64,000 nt of DNA from Thecamonas trahens ATCC 50062. Its lineage: Eukaryota > Protista > Apusomonadida. A model generated the notes under the pieces. That model saw only the letters and a program-made list of their open reading frames with translations, ran no database searches and had not been told where the DNA came from. The stretch lies in the NCBI RefSeq assembly GCF_000142905.1, contig NW_013657621.1, forward strand, positions 151,123-215,122, given 5' to 3'. Below are positions 30,401 to 41,247 of this stretch, in pieces. The position numbers and the translations under genes were made by a program. The first letter of the stretch is position 1, and every line of letters starts with the position of its first letter.

Positions 30401-32272
30401 GGTGGTACACGAAGCGAGCGAAATGCTCTTGGCAGTAGGCGTGTTGTGCGCCGATTGGCGACCGGCGGGCCGCCACGCGGTCTGCTCCACAACGAGACCG
30501 ACGATTTGCAGGTTGTCAACGAGCGCAAGGTTGAGGATGTTGGCAAGAGTGAGGTCCTGGCCACGGGCGCGAAGCAGATTAGTCAGCTCTGAGCGTTGGG
30601 GCTCGGACAGTGGTGGCGAGTCGAAGATCGACCTGTCGTCATCATGCCATGAGGCCGAGGCCGAGGACAGCGGCGCACTCGTGCCTTCGACCTGATCCAG
30701 AACAGCCGAAGTTGACTGGGAAAACTTGGCCTGGGGAATGATGAGGCCGGTGACGTTACCATCGTGGACTTTTGGCTCAAAAACGCGAAAGATGCGGGTG
30801 AAGGCGTTGCCGACAGCGTCGGCGGCAGACACACATGTGAGGTCTGCGGCAGCCGAGTTCCACGAGACGATGGTAAACGAGGTATCAAGCATGGTGACGA
30901 TGCCACCGGTGCATGCCGCGAGCTGCGAGGAGTTGAACGAGGTAGTGAGCGCAATGCGCTGGTATGTCTCGGAGAAGAAGCCGAGGAGGCAGCCAAAGAC
31001 GACGATGACGACGATGACGACGGTGCCCTGAATGGCGCACGCAGAGGCGTGCGCGGCGACGGACCACGGACCTAGGGCGGGCGACGAGTGGTCAAGGAAC
31101 GGGGCATGCCAGATGTTGGCCCAGGCGAGAGCAAACTCGACGGTAGCGGCGAGCCAGATGACGGCGATCGTTTGAAGGCCAGTCATTATGATGCGAATCC
31201 AGGAGAGGCAGAGGGTGGCGATGAGTGGGGTGAGAATGAGCGGCGACCAGACAATGTGAGCGACTCCGCCCTGGACAAACGAGCCACAGACGCAGATGAG
31301 CTCGATGGCGTAGATGAGTGCGGTTGCCGAGGAAGCGGCCGAGTCGGAGGTGGCAAGCATGGCGGTGAGGAGCGAGATGGAGAAGAGAGCGCGACCAGCG
31401 AGCCATGCCGGCGCGGCAGCGAGCCAGCCGATCGACTTGATGTCGGACGGCTCTGCAGAGAGCCAAGCTGGGCGGACGATGACGGGAACGACAAGCATGG
31501 CTATGAGTATGACCCAGACAACAGTGACGATCTGGAGCTTCATGGCCTCGAGCGAGCCGAGCCACTCTGTTGAGGTCAGATTGTTGAGCGATGGCGGGCT
31601 GTAGGAGAAGAGCTTGCGGAAGAGAAACTGCGACGGCTTGTTGTCGAGCTTACGGAGCATGCTGAGGTACTTGGCGGCCGAGGCAGCGGTGTCGCGCTCG
31701 GCGCTGACCTTGGCTGCCGACTCGCCGAGCTGAACGCGGATGCGATCTAATGAGTGGAATGACGCCGAGAGCGAGCCCCGGCGCGTCGACCAGGACTTGC
31801 GCTTGTCTTCAAACATGCAAGAGATGGAGCCACTCTTTGATGCACAGACGCGTGAGGCCGAGGGTGTCAGGGCCGGTGGCGTGCTTGCACTTGTGGCTGT
31901 TCCCGCAACGGCGTCATCGCGGATCGAGTAGACTGAGAGCCCGCGTGGAAGGCGGGCAAACGACGAGGCGCCCGATCGGATGCTGGCCACCGAAGTGTTC
32001 GGTGAGGTCTTGGACGGCATTGCAGCCGTCCTACCACTTCGTGACGAGGAGTATCGATGACGGTCGAGTCGCGGCTCTCCGCCATGTGCGCCTGAGCTCG
32101 ACTGGAGCATCTGTGCCGTCGACGTGAACCGCAGTCGCCCAGGCGTCACTGACCTCGCAGACGGCCATGGCTTTGACGGACGCGCTGTTGACGAGGTTCG
32201 GCTCTTGTCTGACTTGCGGAACGATGTGGCGTCTGGCGACTGCTCGCTGGCGAAAGGCGGCGAGTCGCGCAT
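24483..32272 (-). CDS. Hybrid histidine kinase (multi-TM, PAS, HisKA, HATPase_c, degenerate REC, REC) with a disrupted 3' end; possible pseudogene or misassembly
   Basis: H-box FIARLSHELRNPLNG, N-box QILANLLSNAIKFT, G1 DTGIGI, receiver VLVVEDS...ILMDISMPIMDGFEAT...IVAITA...GMDGFVAKP. The frame breaks at about 26065, 26035, 25022 and 24879. Start uncertain. Confidence 0.9.
24833..24926. repeat. Exact 47-nt tandem duplication in the receiver domain
   Basis: 24833-24879 is identical to 24880-24926. Confidence 0.97.
24983..25062. repeat. Exact 40-nt tandem duplication at the receiver start
   Basis: 24983-25022 is identical to 25023-25062. Confidence 0.95.
26023..26048. repeat. Exact 13-nt tandem duplication in HATPase_c
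   Basis: TTGACAAACTTCT twice. Confidence 0.95.
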
Positions 32273-32685
32273 AGCCGTCGTCGTTGCGATGGACCGACAC
32301 CAGCGGAAGGCTTGAACGCAACAACAGGTGTAGTGCTTGAGGGGCAAGTAGTAGCGGGACTATGTATAGTCTCTGCCCGCCAGGCTCGTGATGGGTGTTG
32401 GCGAATGTCGTTCGTATGGGTCAACACAGGGTTGTTCGGTGTGTTTGCTGGTCAGGTTGTGCAGAGGTGCGGGTGTGTCGTCGAACATGCGGGCGGCGAA
32501 CGTACCGATTGCGGGCCGGCGTGGCGAAGATTTTTTTTTTTGCCACTGCCGACGGATCGCCGGTTTCCTTTTGCCCTCGGCGGTGCACTTTGCAGTTGCG
32601 AGAGCGAGGAGACGGCGAGGAGGAGCGAGAGGAGCTTGGATCGAAGGATCGGGTGGTGGCTCACTTGTCTCGTACACATTGACGG

Positions 32686-33231
32686 ATGCTCGACGTGCTG
32701 CCTGCGGAGATTCTTTGCCATGTGGCTTTCAACATGGGGCTGTCAGCGCAAGACGTGGCGGCACTGGCGTGTGTGTCCACATGGACTGCGAGGGTGCTGA
32801 CCGGGAGCGCGTACGTGGAGGCACGTCGGGCATCGCACGCGGGACTCGCGGCGTGTGCTGCGCAGGGAGCGTACCGTGCGGCGCGGATGGCGGTGGCGTA
32901 TGCGCGGTATACTCGTGGGACGTGGACGACCGACGAGTTGTCATCGGCGCTGTGGACGGTGGCGGCCGATAGCCGCGGCGGAGCCGAGGCGGCGGCACTG
33001 GCGGCGGCGCTGATCGCGGCGGCGACCGACAACGATGACGACTGCATGGTCTTTGCCGGCACAATGGCGATCCAAAGCGCAGCTATGGCCGGAAACATCG
33101 ACGTCCTGCGCGTCTTGCTCGAGTCGGACAAGTTTGATCCGAGTGCTGATGGCGAGTATGCGCTGTCCGAGGCCCGGATCCGCGGGCATGGGGCATGCGC
33201 GGCGCTGCTAGAAGCGGTTGGTAGCCGGTAG
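32686..33231 (+). CDS. F-box plus ankyrin-repeat protein
   Basis: N-terminal LDVLPAEILCHVAF...DVAALACVS (F-box-like). AAMAGNIDVLRVLL and ALSEARIRGHGACAALL (ankyrin-like). Confidence 0.75.
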   Translation: MLDVLPAEILCHVAFNMGLSAQDVAALACVSTWTARVLTGSAYVEARRASHAGLAACAAQGAYRAARMAVAYARYTRGTWTTDELSSALWTVAADSRGGAEAAALAAALIAAATDNDDDCMVFAGTMAIQSAAMAGNIDVLRVLLESDKFDPSADGEYALSEARIRGHGACAALLEAVGSR

Positions 33232-33389
33232 CGAGCAAGCGGGAGTGCGGGCGGCGGAGGTAAAGACTGCGACGGCGGGCGATGTGTAGGTGATGTGTGG
33301 CGGGTTACAGAAGGTGCGGGAGTCGCAGGTGCGTCGAGGTTGTGGGCGGGCGGTGTGTCGACCAGTCGACTTGGTGAAGGGGCAAAGAG

Positions 33390-34775
33390 ATGGCCGAGGA
33401 CGAGTCGTTTTGCGAGGAAGACGAGGTCATGGCCCGCGTGCTGGGCCAGGGGTGGGACGAGGTGCTGGTGGCGGTGACGCGGGCGGTGGTGGTGGACGAC
33501 GGAGTGCGACACAATGCGCTGCAAAAGTCGCCGAATCCGTTTGTGGCCATCCTCATTCCAGCAACTCGCGGCAGCGGCGGGAATGGTGGCGGCGAGGGCG
33601 GTGACGGCGATGGGCACGACGATGGCCATGGTGATGACGGTGGCGCTGGCAGAGGTGTGCGGATTCCGCTCGGCCGCCGCGAGCGCAAGATGGCGCGCCG
33701 GGTTATGGAGAGCCTCGATGGCGATTGGGAGGTGATCATGGTCTCGTCGCGTCGGTTTGCCACGTACGAGCCGAGCTTTAAGGACGCAGCTGTGCGGATG
33801 GTGGTGCCGGCAGCTGCGACGTCATCGATCCTGGTTGTGCTCGCGGACCACCACAAGATCAAAAAGTGCAAGATCTTTGGCTCGGGCCGGCTCGCTCTCC
33901 CGCCTACGGCGTCGAGCGAGCTGGCAGCGCCGGTCCGGCGCGGGACGTGGGTCCACATGACGCCTCTGGCGACACCCGATGCACCGCAGGCGGCAGCAGC
34001 GGCAGTAGCCGCGGCGCCACCGACGGAAGTTGAGCTCCCACCGGGCGCGACCGGCTCGGTCCGGGTCCACGTCACCCGGCGAGGTGTGGAGGCCGAGTCG
34101 ACGGCGGCGGCGGCGGCACTGGGCGCGGCGCTGGCGGCAGCAGGCGATGGCGACGATCCGGTCGTTGTTCCACTGGACGAGTATGTGGGAGGTGGGGATG
34201 ACGGTGAGCTTGACGACTGTGAGTGGGACGAGGAGTGGGACGTGTATTCGAGCGACGACGGTGTGAGCGAGTGCGGCGGCGGCGGCGACGACGGCGATGA
34301 CGGGAGTGGCGACGAGAATGGCGGCGTCGTGAACGACGATGATGACGCCGAGCCGGACGAGCCGCTGACGCTGCTGAGCATTCTGTGGCCGTTTGGTGGG
34401 CTCTACGACTATCCCGAGGACACGCTTCGCGGCATCCGCGCGGCGCGGGTCCGGAGGGTCATGCTCCGGGCGGGAGTTCTTGTGTGGTGCATCTCGATTG
34501 CGCTCCGGTTTGTGCACTGGCAGTTGTGGCTTGTCCTCACGGCAGCTTGTTCAATGGGCGCATGCGGAGTGGTCAAGCACCGCGGCAACGTCATCAAGTC
34601 GCTGGTCAAGCGATCGGTTCATCGCGGCAAAGGCGACATCCGGCAGTGGATTTCGACCAAGCTGGAGACGCGGCGGGCGGCGCGGGCGTTGCGCAAAGCG
34701 CGCAAGCGCGCTCGCAAGCGGGCACGATTCTGGGACCAGGCGCCGGCGATTGTGGTCAAGGCCAAGGCCGAGTGA
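33390..34775 (+). CDS. Putative C2-like domain membrane protein
   Basis: SPNPFVAI...TYEPSF...LVVLADHHKIKKCKIFGSGRL resembles a C2 beta-sandwich. Acidic linker, two C-terminal hydrophobic segments, basic tail. Confidence 0.6.
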   Translation: MAEDESFCEEDEVMARVLGQGWDEVLVAVTRAVVVDDGVRHNALQKSPNPFVAILIPATRGSGGNGGGEGGDGDGHDDGHGDDGGAGRGVRIPLGRRERKMARRVMESLDGDWEVIMVSSRRFATYEPSFKDAAVRMVVPAAATSSILVVLADHHKIKKCKIFGSGRLALPPTASSELAAPVRRGTWVHMTPLATPDAPQAAAAAVAAAPPTEVELPPGATGSVRVHVTRRGVEAESTAAAAALGAALAAAGDGDDPVVVPLDEYVGGGDDGELDDCEWDEEWDVYSSDDGVSECGGGGDDGDDGSGDENGGVVNDDDDAEPDEPLTLLSILWPFGGLYDYPEDTLRGIRAARVRRVMLRAGVLVWCISIALRFVHWQLWLVLTAACSMGACGVVKHRGNVIKSLVKRSVHRGKGDIRQWISTKLETRRAARALRKARKRARKRARFWDQAPAIVVKAKAE

Positions 34776-34795
34776 GCTGGCTGCGTTGAGTCCTG

Positions 34796-36187
34796 CTACG
34801 GCATGATGTGGACGCCGTTGACACCGACGACGAAGAGAGCGAGGAGGGCGGCGAGAAGGAGCAGGTCGCGAGCGAGCGAGGCGGCGGCGGCGCGAAGAGG
34901 GTTGCCACACACGCCTAGGCTCAGCGCCTTGAGGACGAGAGTCGGCATCATAAAGTACCGCGGCTCGATGAGGCCTGCGGGGACAGTGGCGCCGAGTGTG
35001 GCAGCGAGCCAGAGCAGACCCCAGCTTGGACGGCGCATGGCGGCAAAGGAGCGGCAGACGGCGAGGCCAGCAGCAGCGTAGAGAGGGACAAGTGCGAGGC
35101 GGACGCCAGGCCCGCGCGAGAGTACCCGCTTCCACAGGTAGAACGGGAGGTGCGAGTTGTCAGCGAGGAGGTAGCGGTGGGCGAGAGTGCCATAGGCGAC
35201 GGCGAGCGCGGCGGCGGCAGCGAGCGCGGCGGCGGCTGAAAGCGTCTGCCAGCGAGCGAGCCATGAGCAGAGTGAGCGACGGGTGGGCCAGCCGGCGAGC
35301 TCAAGCTCGGGGACAGCGAGCGCGGCGACGGTGGCGAGGGCGTATGCGGCGTTGGCGGCGTGGAAGACCGGCTGGTGGGCAGACTTGTCGCCGACCACCA
35401 GCGCGCCGTCGTTGTGGACGACAAAGGCAACAAAGAGGCCAACGTCGACAAGATACGGGCCTGCGATGGTGACGACGACCTTATATGGGCAGCGGACGAG
35501 GGTGGCGAGCGTCCCGAGCACGTCGTCGACCAGGCTGGGGTCGTCAGTATCGAGGCGCGAGTCGCGTGCGTCGGCGCGGAGGTGCTCGATGACGCCGACG
35601 CCACCACAGAAAAGAACCCACACAATGTTGTTTTGGCGGACAGCCATGGCGGCGACGCCGGCAAGTGCAGCCAGAAGATGGCGGCGATGCAGCGCGGCGG
35701 CGAGCATGGCGAGCACCATGGTCGCCGAAGGCACATCAGTGTAGTACAGGAGAGCGTAGAAGGCGTGGAAGGGAGAGGCAGCAACAGAAGCACCGACTAC
35801 AGCCCACACGCTCAGCGGGAGTCGCTGGGCGTGATGAGACTTGCCAGGAGGCGAGACGACGCGACGAGCAGCAGCAGCTACAAGGGCGGCGATGAGAAGA
35901 TTGATGACAACAAGAGCAGCCGAGAGGGCCCTGAGAGAGAACAGATTGTGGCAATCGATGAGCGAGAGCCGAGCGAGAGCCACCGCCAGTAGATAGGTAC
36001 CAGGGAGAGTGGTGATCATGGGATCCCACTTGTGGTACTCGCCCGAGCAGTAGACAGAGGTCTGAGGGTGGTGGAAGAGCTCGTCCATGTGGGGTTGAGG
36101 GAGCGCAGCATTGACCCAATGTCCTGCTGTGGCCACGGCCGCCACAGCACCGCCCACTACAGAGAGGGCCACAACAGTGGGGTGCAT
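34796..36187 (-). CDS. ALG10: Dol-P-Glc:Glc2Man9GlcNAc2-PP-Dol alpha-1,2-glucosyltransferase
   Basis: PHMDELFHHPQT..YC, WDPMITTLPG, LYYTD, RQNNIVW, VVGDKSAH, HRYLLADNSH, EPRYF. ATG at 36187. Confidence 0.95.
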   Translation of the reverse strand: MHPTVVALSVVGGAVAAVATAGHWVNAALPQPHMDELFHHPQTSVYCSGEYHKWDPMITTLPGTYLLAVALARLSLIDCHNLFSLRALSAALVVINLLIAALVAAAARRVVSPPGKSHHAQRLPLSVWAVVGASVAASPFHAFYALLYYTDVPSATMVLAMLAAALHRRHLLAALAGVAAMAVRQNNIVWVLFCGGVGVIEHLRADARDSRLDTDDPSLVDDVLGTLATLVRCPYKVVVTIAGPYLVDVGLFVAFVVHNDGALVVGDKSAHQPVFHAANAAYALATVAALAVPELELAGWPTRRSLCSWLARWQTLSAAAALAAAAALAVAYGTLAHRYLLADNSHLPFYLWKRVLSRGPGVRLALVPLYAAAGLAVCRSFAAMRRPSWGLLWLAATLGATVPAGLIEPRYFMMPTLVLKALSLGVCGNPLRAAAASLARDLLLLAALLALFVVGVNGVHIMP

Positions 36188-36259
36188 ATCTCTGTGCGTG
36201 CGCGGGGCGGGGTGTGGGAGGGAGGGAGGGAGGGGGAGGGGTGTGTGAGGGCGAAGCAC

Positions 36260-36260
<1 letters not shown>

Positions 36261-36300
<40 letters not shown>
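36261..36300. repeat. (GACGAT)n hexamer repeat
   Basis: Seen directly in the sequence. Confidence 0.85.
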
Positions 36301-36301
<1 letters not shown>

Positions 36302-36372
36302 ATACCACCATCATCATCACCTTATCACCAATGTAACCATGTCCATCACAGCCACACCCTGTAATCCCCCTG

Positions 36373-36626
36373 NNNNNNNNNNNNNNNNNNNNNNNNNNNN
36401 NNNNNNNNNNNNNNNNNNNNNNNNNNNNNNNNNNNNNNNNNNNNNNNNNNNNNNNNNNNNNNNNNNNNNNNNNNNNNNNNNNNNNNNNNNNNNNNNNNNN
36501 NNNNNNNNNNNNNNNNNNNNNNNNNNNNNNNNNNNNNNNNNNNNNNNNNNNNNNNNNNNNNNNNNNNNNNNNNNNNNNNNNNNNNNNNNNNNNNNNNNNN
36601 NNNNNNNNNNNNNNNNNNNNNNNNNN
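36373..36626. other. Assembly gap (N run)
   Basis: Run of Ns in the ALG10/CSN1 divergent region. Confidence 0.99.
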
Positions 36627-36720
36627 ACATTCCACCACCACCACCCGCCACTCGCCTATTCGCCTACTTCCCACCACCTCTCTCTCTCCCGCCCCCCCCC
36701 CCACCCCACCCCACCCCAAC

Positions 36721-38013
36721 ATGTCTGTAGATGGACTTGACGAGTACACGGCGGAGAGCATTGTGGAGCGGTACCGCGACGAAGGCGTGGTGACGCGACT
36801 GGCGTTTCTCGCAAGGGCACGGCAGAGGGCAGGCGAGGAGGAGGCTGGGAAGGAAGCCATGCGGCTGGCGGTGGAGGCGGTGAAGGGCAACTCGCTGGAC
36901 GTGGAAGGGTACAAGGCGCGGGTGACGGAGATGCAGGAGATGGACATGTCGTACATGGCCGACTCGGAGTGGATGGCTCATGCCATGGCCGAGGGAGAGG
37001 CGCTCCTTGGTGAGCTCAACACGGACATGGCCCACTCGCGCGGCACGCTCAGCCGGGAGGCTGCTCGCACAAAGTGGACTGAGATTTCGCTGGCGTACAT
37101 GCGGGTCGGTGCGTGGAAGTCGGCGCAGCGGGCAGCTATTCGCGCGCGTGACTATGCCGGATCAAGCCATCATCTCGCGCTGGCCAACGCCATCCTCCAC
37201 ATTGTCCGCTGTCTTTTTGCACTTGGCGAGGCCCCGCAGACGGTCACCTTTTCGGCCAAGTTCCGCAAGTGGACCGACATCCCGCCCGAGACCGTCGCCC
37301 ATCTCCGCGCCGCGGTGGGCGTCGGCTACCTTGCGGCCGGCTCGTTCAAGTCGGCGGCGCGGGTCCTAGTCGACGTCACCGCCGCCCTCGACTCGGCCTT
37401 CAACTACGTGGCGACCATGGCCGACGTCGCGGTCTACGGCGCGCTCACCGCGCTCGCCTCGTTCGACCGTCACGAGCTCAAGAGCCTTGTCCTCAACTCG
37501 GCCTCGTTCAAGCCGCTTCTCGAGCTGGTGCCGGCCATCGGCGAGCTCGTGGCCGACTTTTACGGCTCGCGCTACCACGCGTGCCTCGGCGCGCTCGACA
37601 GCCTCCGCCTCCGCCTTGCGCTCGACCCGTACCTCGCGCCGCATCTCGACGCGCTCTACGCGGCCATCCGCTCAAAGGCCCTCATCCAGTACTTTTCGCC
37701 CTTCCGCTCGGTCGACCTCAACCGCATGGCCGAAGCCTTCTCCACCTCGCTCGACGGCATCACTGCCGAAGTCGCCGCCCTCATTGTCGCCGGTGACATC
37801 TCGGCCCGCATCGATTCGGAGAACAGCATCCTCTACGCTTCCCACACCGACCAGCGCGCTTCTACCTTTCACGCGGCGCTCAAGGCCGGGGCCCAGTTTG
37901 AGCGCCAGACAAGGGCCATGCTCTTCCGCGTCAACCTCCAGCGCGCCGGCTTTGTTGTCGAGCAGCCGCCGAGTGCCCGCGTACCGACCTCCGGCGCGGC
38001 TGGGAGCGAGTGA
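36721..38013 (+). CDS. CSN1: COP9 signalosome subunit 1 (PCI domain)
   Basis: RARDY, DVAVYGALTALASFDRHELK, LDPYLAPH, IRSKALIQYFSPF, ISARIDS. Confidence 0.93.
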   Translation: MSVDGLDEYTAESIVERYRDEGVVTRLAFLARARQRAGEEEAGKEAMRLAVEAVKGNSLDVEGYKARVTEMQEMDMSYMADSEWMAHAMAEGEALLGELNTDMAHSRGTLSREAARTKWTEISLAYMRVGAWKSAQRAAIRARDYAGSSHHLALANAILHIVRCLFALGEAPQTVTFSAKFRKWTDIPPETVAHLRAAVGVGYLAAGSFKSAARVLVDVTAALDSAFNYVATMADVAVYGALTALASFDRHELKSLVLNSASFKPLLELVPAIGELVADFYGSRYHACLGALDSLRLRLALDPYLAPHLDALYAAIRSKALIQYFSPFRSVDLNRMAEAFSTSLDGITAEVAALIVAGDISARIDSENSILYASHTDQRASTFHAALKAGAQFERQTRAMLFRVNLQRAGFVVEQPPSARVPTSGAAGSE

Positions 38014-39483
38014 CAACAGGTAAAAGGTCAGGTACAAGAACGTGTGTTAATGTGGATGTGGTTCGAGTGGCACAATGGCCAAGAGACTGCGAGAGGTGCG
38101 CCGTTGATCAGTAGCGTGTGCCTGTTGATGCGATGTGATGCGGTGAGTGTGACGAGACGGGAGAGGGAAAGGGGAAGGGGAGAAGGGGGGCAAGATTGTC
38201 AGAATCAAAGGTAGTCTCCACGAAGGGTCAGACATATGCTTGTCATTGATAAAGATCATCGTCCGATCTTGCATTTGCGAGAAATAAGGTTGGCCGGAAG
38301 ACTCTATGATACTTACATGTCGCCAGGCGGTGAAACCTGTATCTCCTCGATCCACGCACGTCTCTGTTCCTGACTGCGGTTGCGTGCTTGCACTGGGAAG
38401 TCCTACTCTCACTGTACCGTTTGCAATGTAGCCTCGGTGAGTGCTGTGTCGTCATGACGAGGTGAGGGGGGGGGAGGGGGCAGGATAGAAGAAAGAAAAC
38501 AATGTTCAACTCGGATGGTGATGCATGAATATCCTCAACGCACGATGTGCTCAGAAAGGATTCTATGGATATTAAAGCAATTTCGTCACTGTCAATGCTG
38601 TGCATGCACTGTGGGTGCAAGAGTGAGCCTGGCCGATCCAGAACGAGGTCTGTGGCGGGGGAAGGCTGCACGGGTCACAGCAGCTGCTGTTGCCTTGGGA
38701 GGGAAAGAAGGAGAACATACCATGAGAGCAAGACACGCAATGGAGTGCACGCGTGACCACCTGCCTCGACCAGTCGTCGGTCACCATTGAGTGGCGGGCG
38801 ACGGGGCGGGTAAGAGGCAGACAAAGCGTCGGACAAAAGCCGGATGGAGGAATCCAAATAATTGGTCGCAAAGTGCTGGACACGACAAATGCGGAAGAGG
38901 GGCCGGGTGAGTGATAGAGCGGAAGGATGAGAGGCTGAAAAGCAAGAGCAGAATAGCAAGAGCATGGAGTTGGCAGCAAGGATGTTGGACAGCCCCGCTC
39001 GCTTGGGGGAGGTCAGGGGGGGGAGTGGGAGGCGGTGAAGGTGGAGCAAAAAATGCCTCCCAAGTGGCGGTCAGAGAATCATATTTGGTTTGTCTCATTG
39101 CAAGCGCTCTGAAGTAGCAAGTATTGTTTCACATCACACCGCCACTGCGTCCAAGAAGGATCAAGAGGAGGGAGCAAGGGTGGGGGGATGGGGAGAGGCC
39201 GAGGAGGGGGGTTAGGGAGGGGGGGGCGGGAGTGATGCAAACACATACAATTACGACATTGTCGGAGCTGAGAAAAGTGGTGCCGTCTGGGAAATGGATG
39301 GCTGGTCGATCGGTCGAGCTCGCCAAACCGGGTGAGTTTGGTACGACGCGTCGATCCGATCCGTCGAGCAAGTGGTTCGGAAATGCGAATGGGGGGCTGG
39401 CTTGTTTCCTCGTCTCTGGCTACCGTGGCTAGCCGAAAGTCGCGAGCCACGCGTTCATTGTGGATCGAGAGGAGAGGGGGGGC

Positions 39484-41015
39484 TCAACAGGAGCAGCCAC
39501 CCGAGTCCTTCTTGGCCGGGGCACTCTCGCCGGTGATGATGCGGGAGGAGGAGGTGGTGGAGCCAGCGGCAGGCTTGTACTGGACGCCGACTTCGCCCTC
39601 GTTGAGATCGAGCGAGCCGTCCTTGATGTTCTTGTAGATGAGCTTGGCCGAGTCAAAGAAGGCGTCCTGGACACCGTCGCCGGTCCTTGCCGACGTCTCG
39701 AGGAAGAGCAGGTCGTTCTCCTCGGCAAACTTGGCGGCCTCCTCGTAGGTCACGTCACGCTGGGTCGAGAGGTCGCTCTTGTTTCCAATGAGCACAATGA
39801 CAGTGTTCGGATTGGTGAGATTGCGGGCGTCGGTGAGCCATGACGCCAGGTGCACAAACGTCGACCGCCGTGTGATGTCGTACACCAGCAGCGCGCCTGC
39901 CGCCCCACGGTAGTACGACCGCGTCACAGACCGGAACCGCTCTTGGCCGGCTGTGTCCCAGATCTGCAGCTTGATGTGCTTGCCTAGCACGTCGATGATC
40001 CGCGTCCCAAACTCGACCCCGATCGTGTGCGTCGAGTCCGCCATGAATTTGCCCTCTGTAAACTGATGCAGGATGCACGACTTGCCCACGCCCATGTCGC
40101 CTGTTCCCACCACGCCACGCCACGCCATGCCATGCCACGCCGTGTAAGTCGTGTCGACGTCCTGTCGTCCCGCCGCGTCCAACCATACAGCACCGCCTCC
40201 CCCCCCCGTTCTCGCCTCCTCTCGCCCTCGCCCTCGCCCCCTCCCCCCCTGCTCCTGTCCTTCCTCTTCCTCTCTCTCTCTCTCTCTCTCTTCACTCCTC
40301 CCGCCCNNNNNNNNNNNNNNNNNNNNNNNNNNNNNNNNNNNNNNNNNNNNNNNNNNNNNNNNNNNNNNNNNNNNNNNNNNNNNNNNNNNNNNNNNNNNNN
40401 NNNNNNNNNNNNNNNNNNNNNNNNNNNNNNNNNNNNNNNNNNNNNNNNNNACGCGATTCCCCCCCCGCGTTTATAGCATTATTTGGGCTAGCCTTGGCCC
40501 TTCCGCCAGGCGGGGGCTTCCTTTCTGTTTTTTGTTCTTTTAAAACTACGCGCGCTGGGGAGCATTCTCCCCCACTCGCCCTCCCGTCTCCACACACACA
40601 CGCCAGGGTCGGGCGGCGGCGAGAGGGGCAGCGAGGGGGGGCAAAAACCCCCGACGGACTGGCGGGCACACCCGGACTTCCATAACGTACCAATGACAAT
40701 GTACTTCCTGTAAATGGCAACCAGGCATGTGAGTAGATAGCCAAGACCATGAGCTACACAATGGTACCCATGGAGAGTGTATAGGCACGAGCATGTGCCA
40801 TGTAGGAGGCCGGCGGTTGGACAGCCGCGCCTGTGGTGGCAAGCCATGGAACGCCAGGTCATCACCCGCCACGCGGCGTTATCGCCCACAGCGAGGCGCG
40901 GAGGGAGGGAGGGAGGAGGGGAGGGAGGGAAGGAGGAAGGGAAGAGGGAGAGGGAGAGGGAGAGAGCCAAGCCAGCAACATACATGATGTACTCATAGTC
41001 AAAGGACGCCGCCAT
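39484..41015 (-). CDS. RAB14: Rab14 GTPase; exons 41015-40984, 40707-40691 (17 nt) and 40100-39484
   Basis: Spliced product [30 protein letters not shown]...HTIGVEFG...[24 protein letters not shown]...GCSC. Introns are GTATGT...TACAG and GTACGT...AACAG. Confidence 0.94.
40307..40450. other. Assembly gap (N run) in Rab14 intron 2
   Basis: Run of Ns. Confidence 0.99.
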
Positions 41016-41247
41016 GGTCCGCTCGGCACAGTTGAGTGACTCGTCCTCTCTCGGCTTGCCTTGCCCACTCAACAGCTTGTGTGCTGTGCTGGTGAGCCTT
41101 TTGCTGTTCACGGGCTTTCCCCCTCTCCGTTGTCCGGCCACTAGTCGACGAGTCACGCGGAGAGGGGGACCGTACTTGCAGGCGGGCGGGGGCGGGGGGG
41201 GGGGGGGGGGTCGGTAGCGGAGCCACTCGACGCTAGCCAGCAGGAGG

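Noticed and set aside
38309-38395. U1 snRNA-like words (ATACTTACATG, GATCCACG, TTGCACT)
   Set aside because: The 5' end mismatches ACTTACCTG, spacing is off, and I see no Sm site or convincing stems; a cmsearch with the U1 model would settle it.
38388-38432. piggyBac-like C-terminal Cys-rich domain
   Set aside because: Only a short CxxC fragment; no transposase core, terminal inverted repeats or target-site duplication identified.
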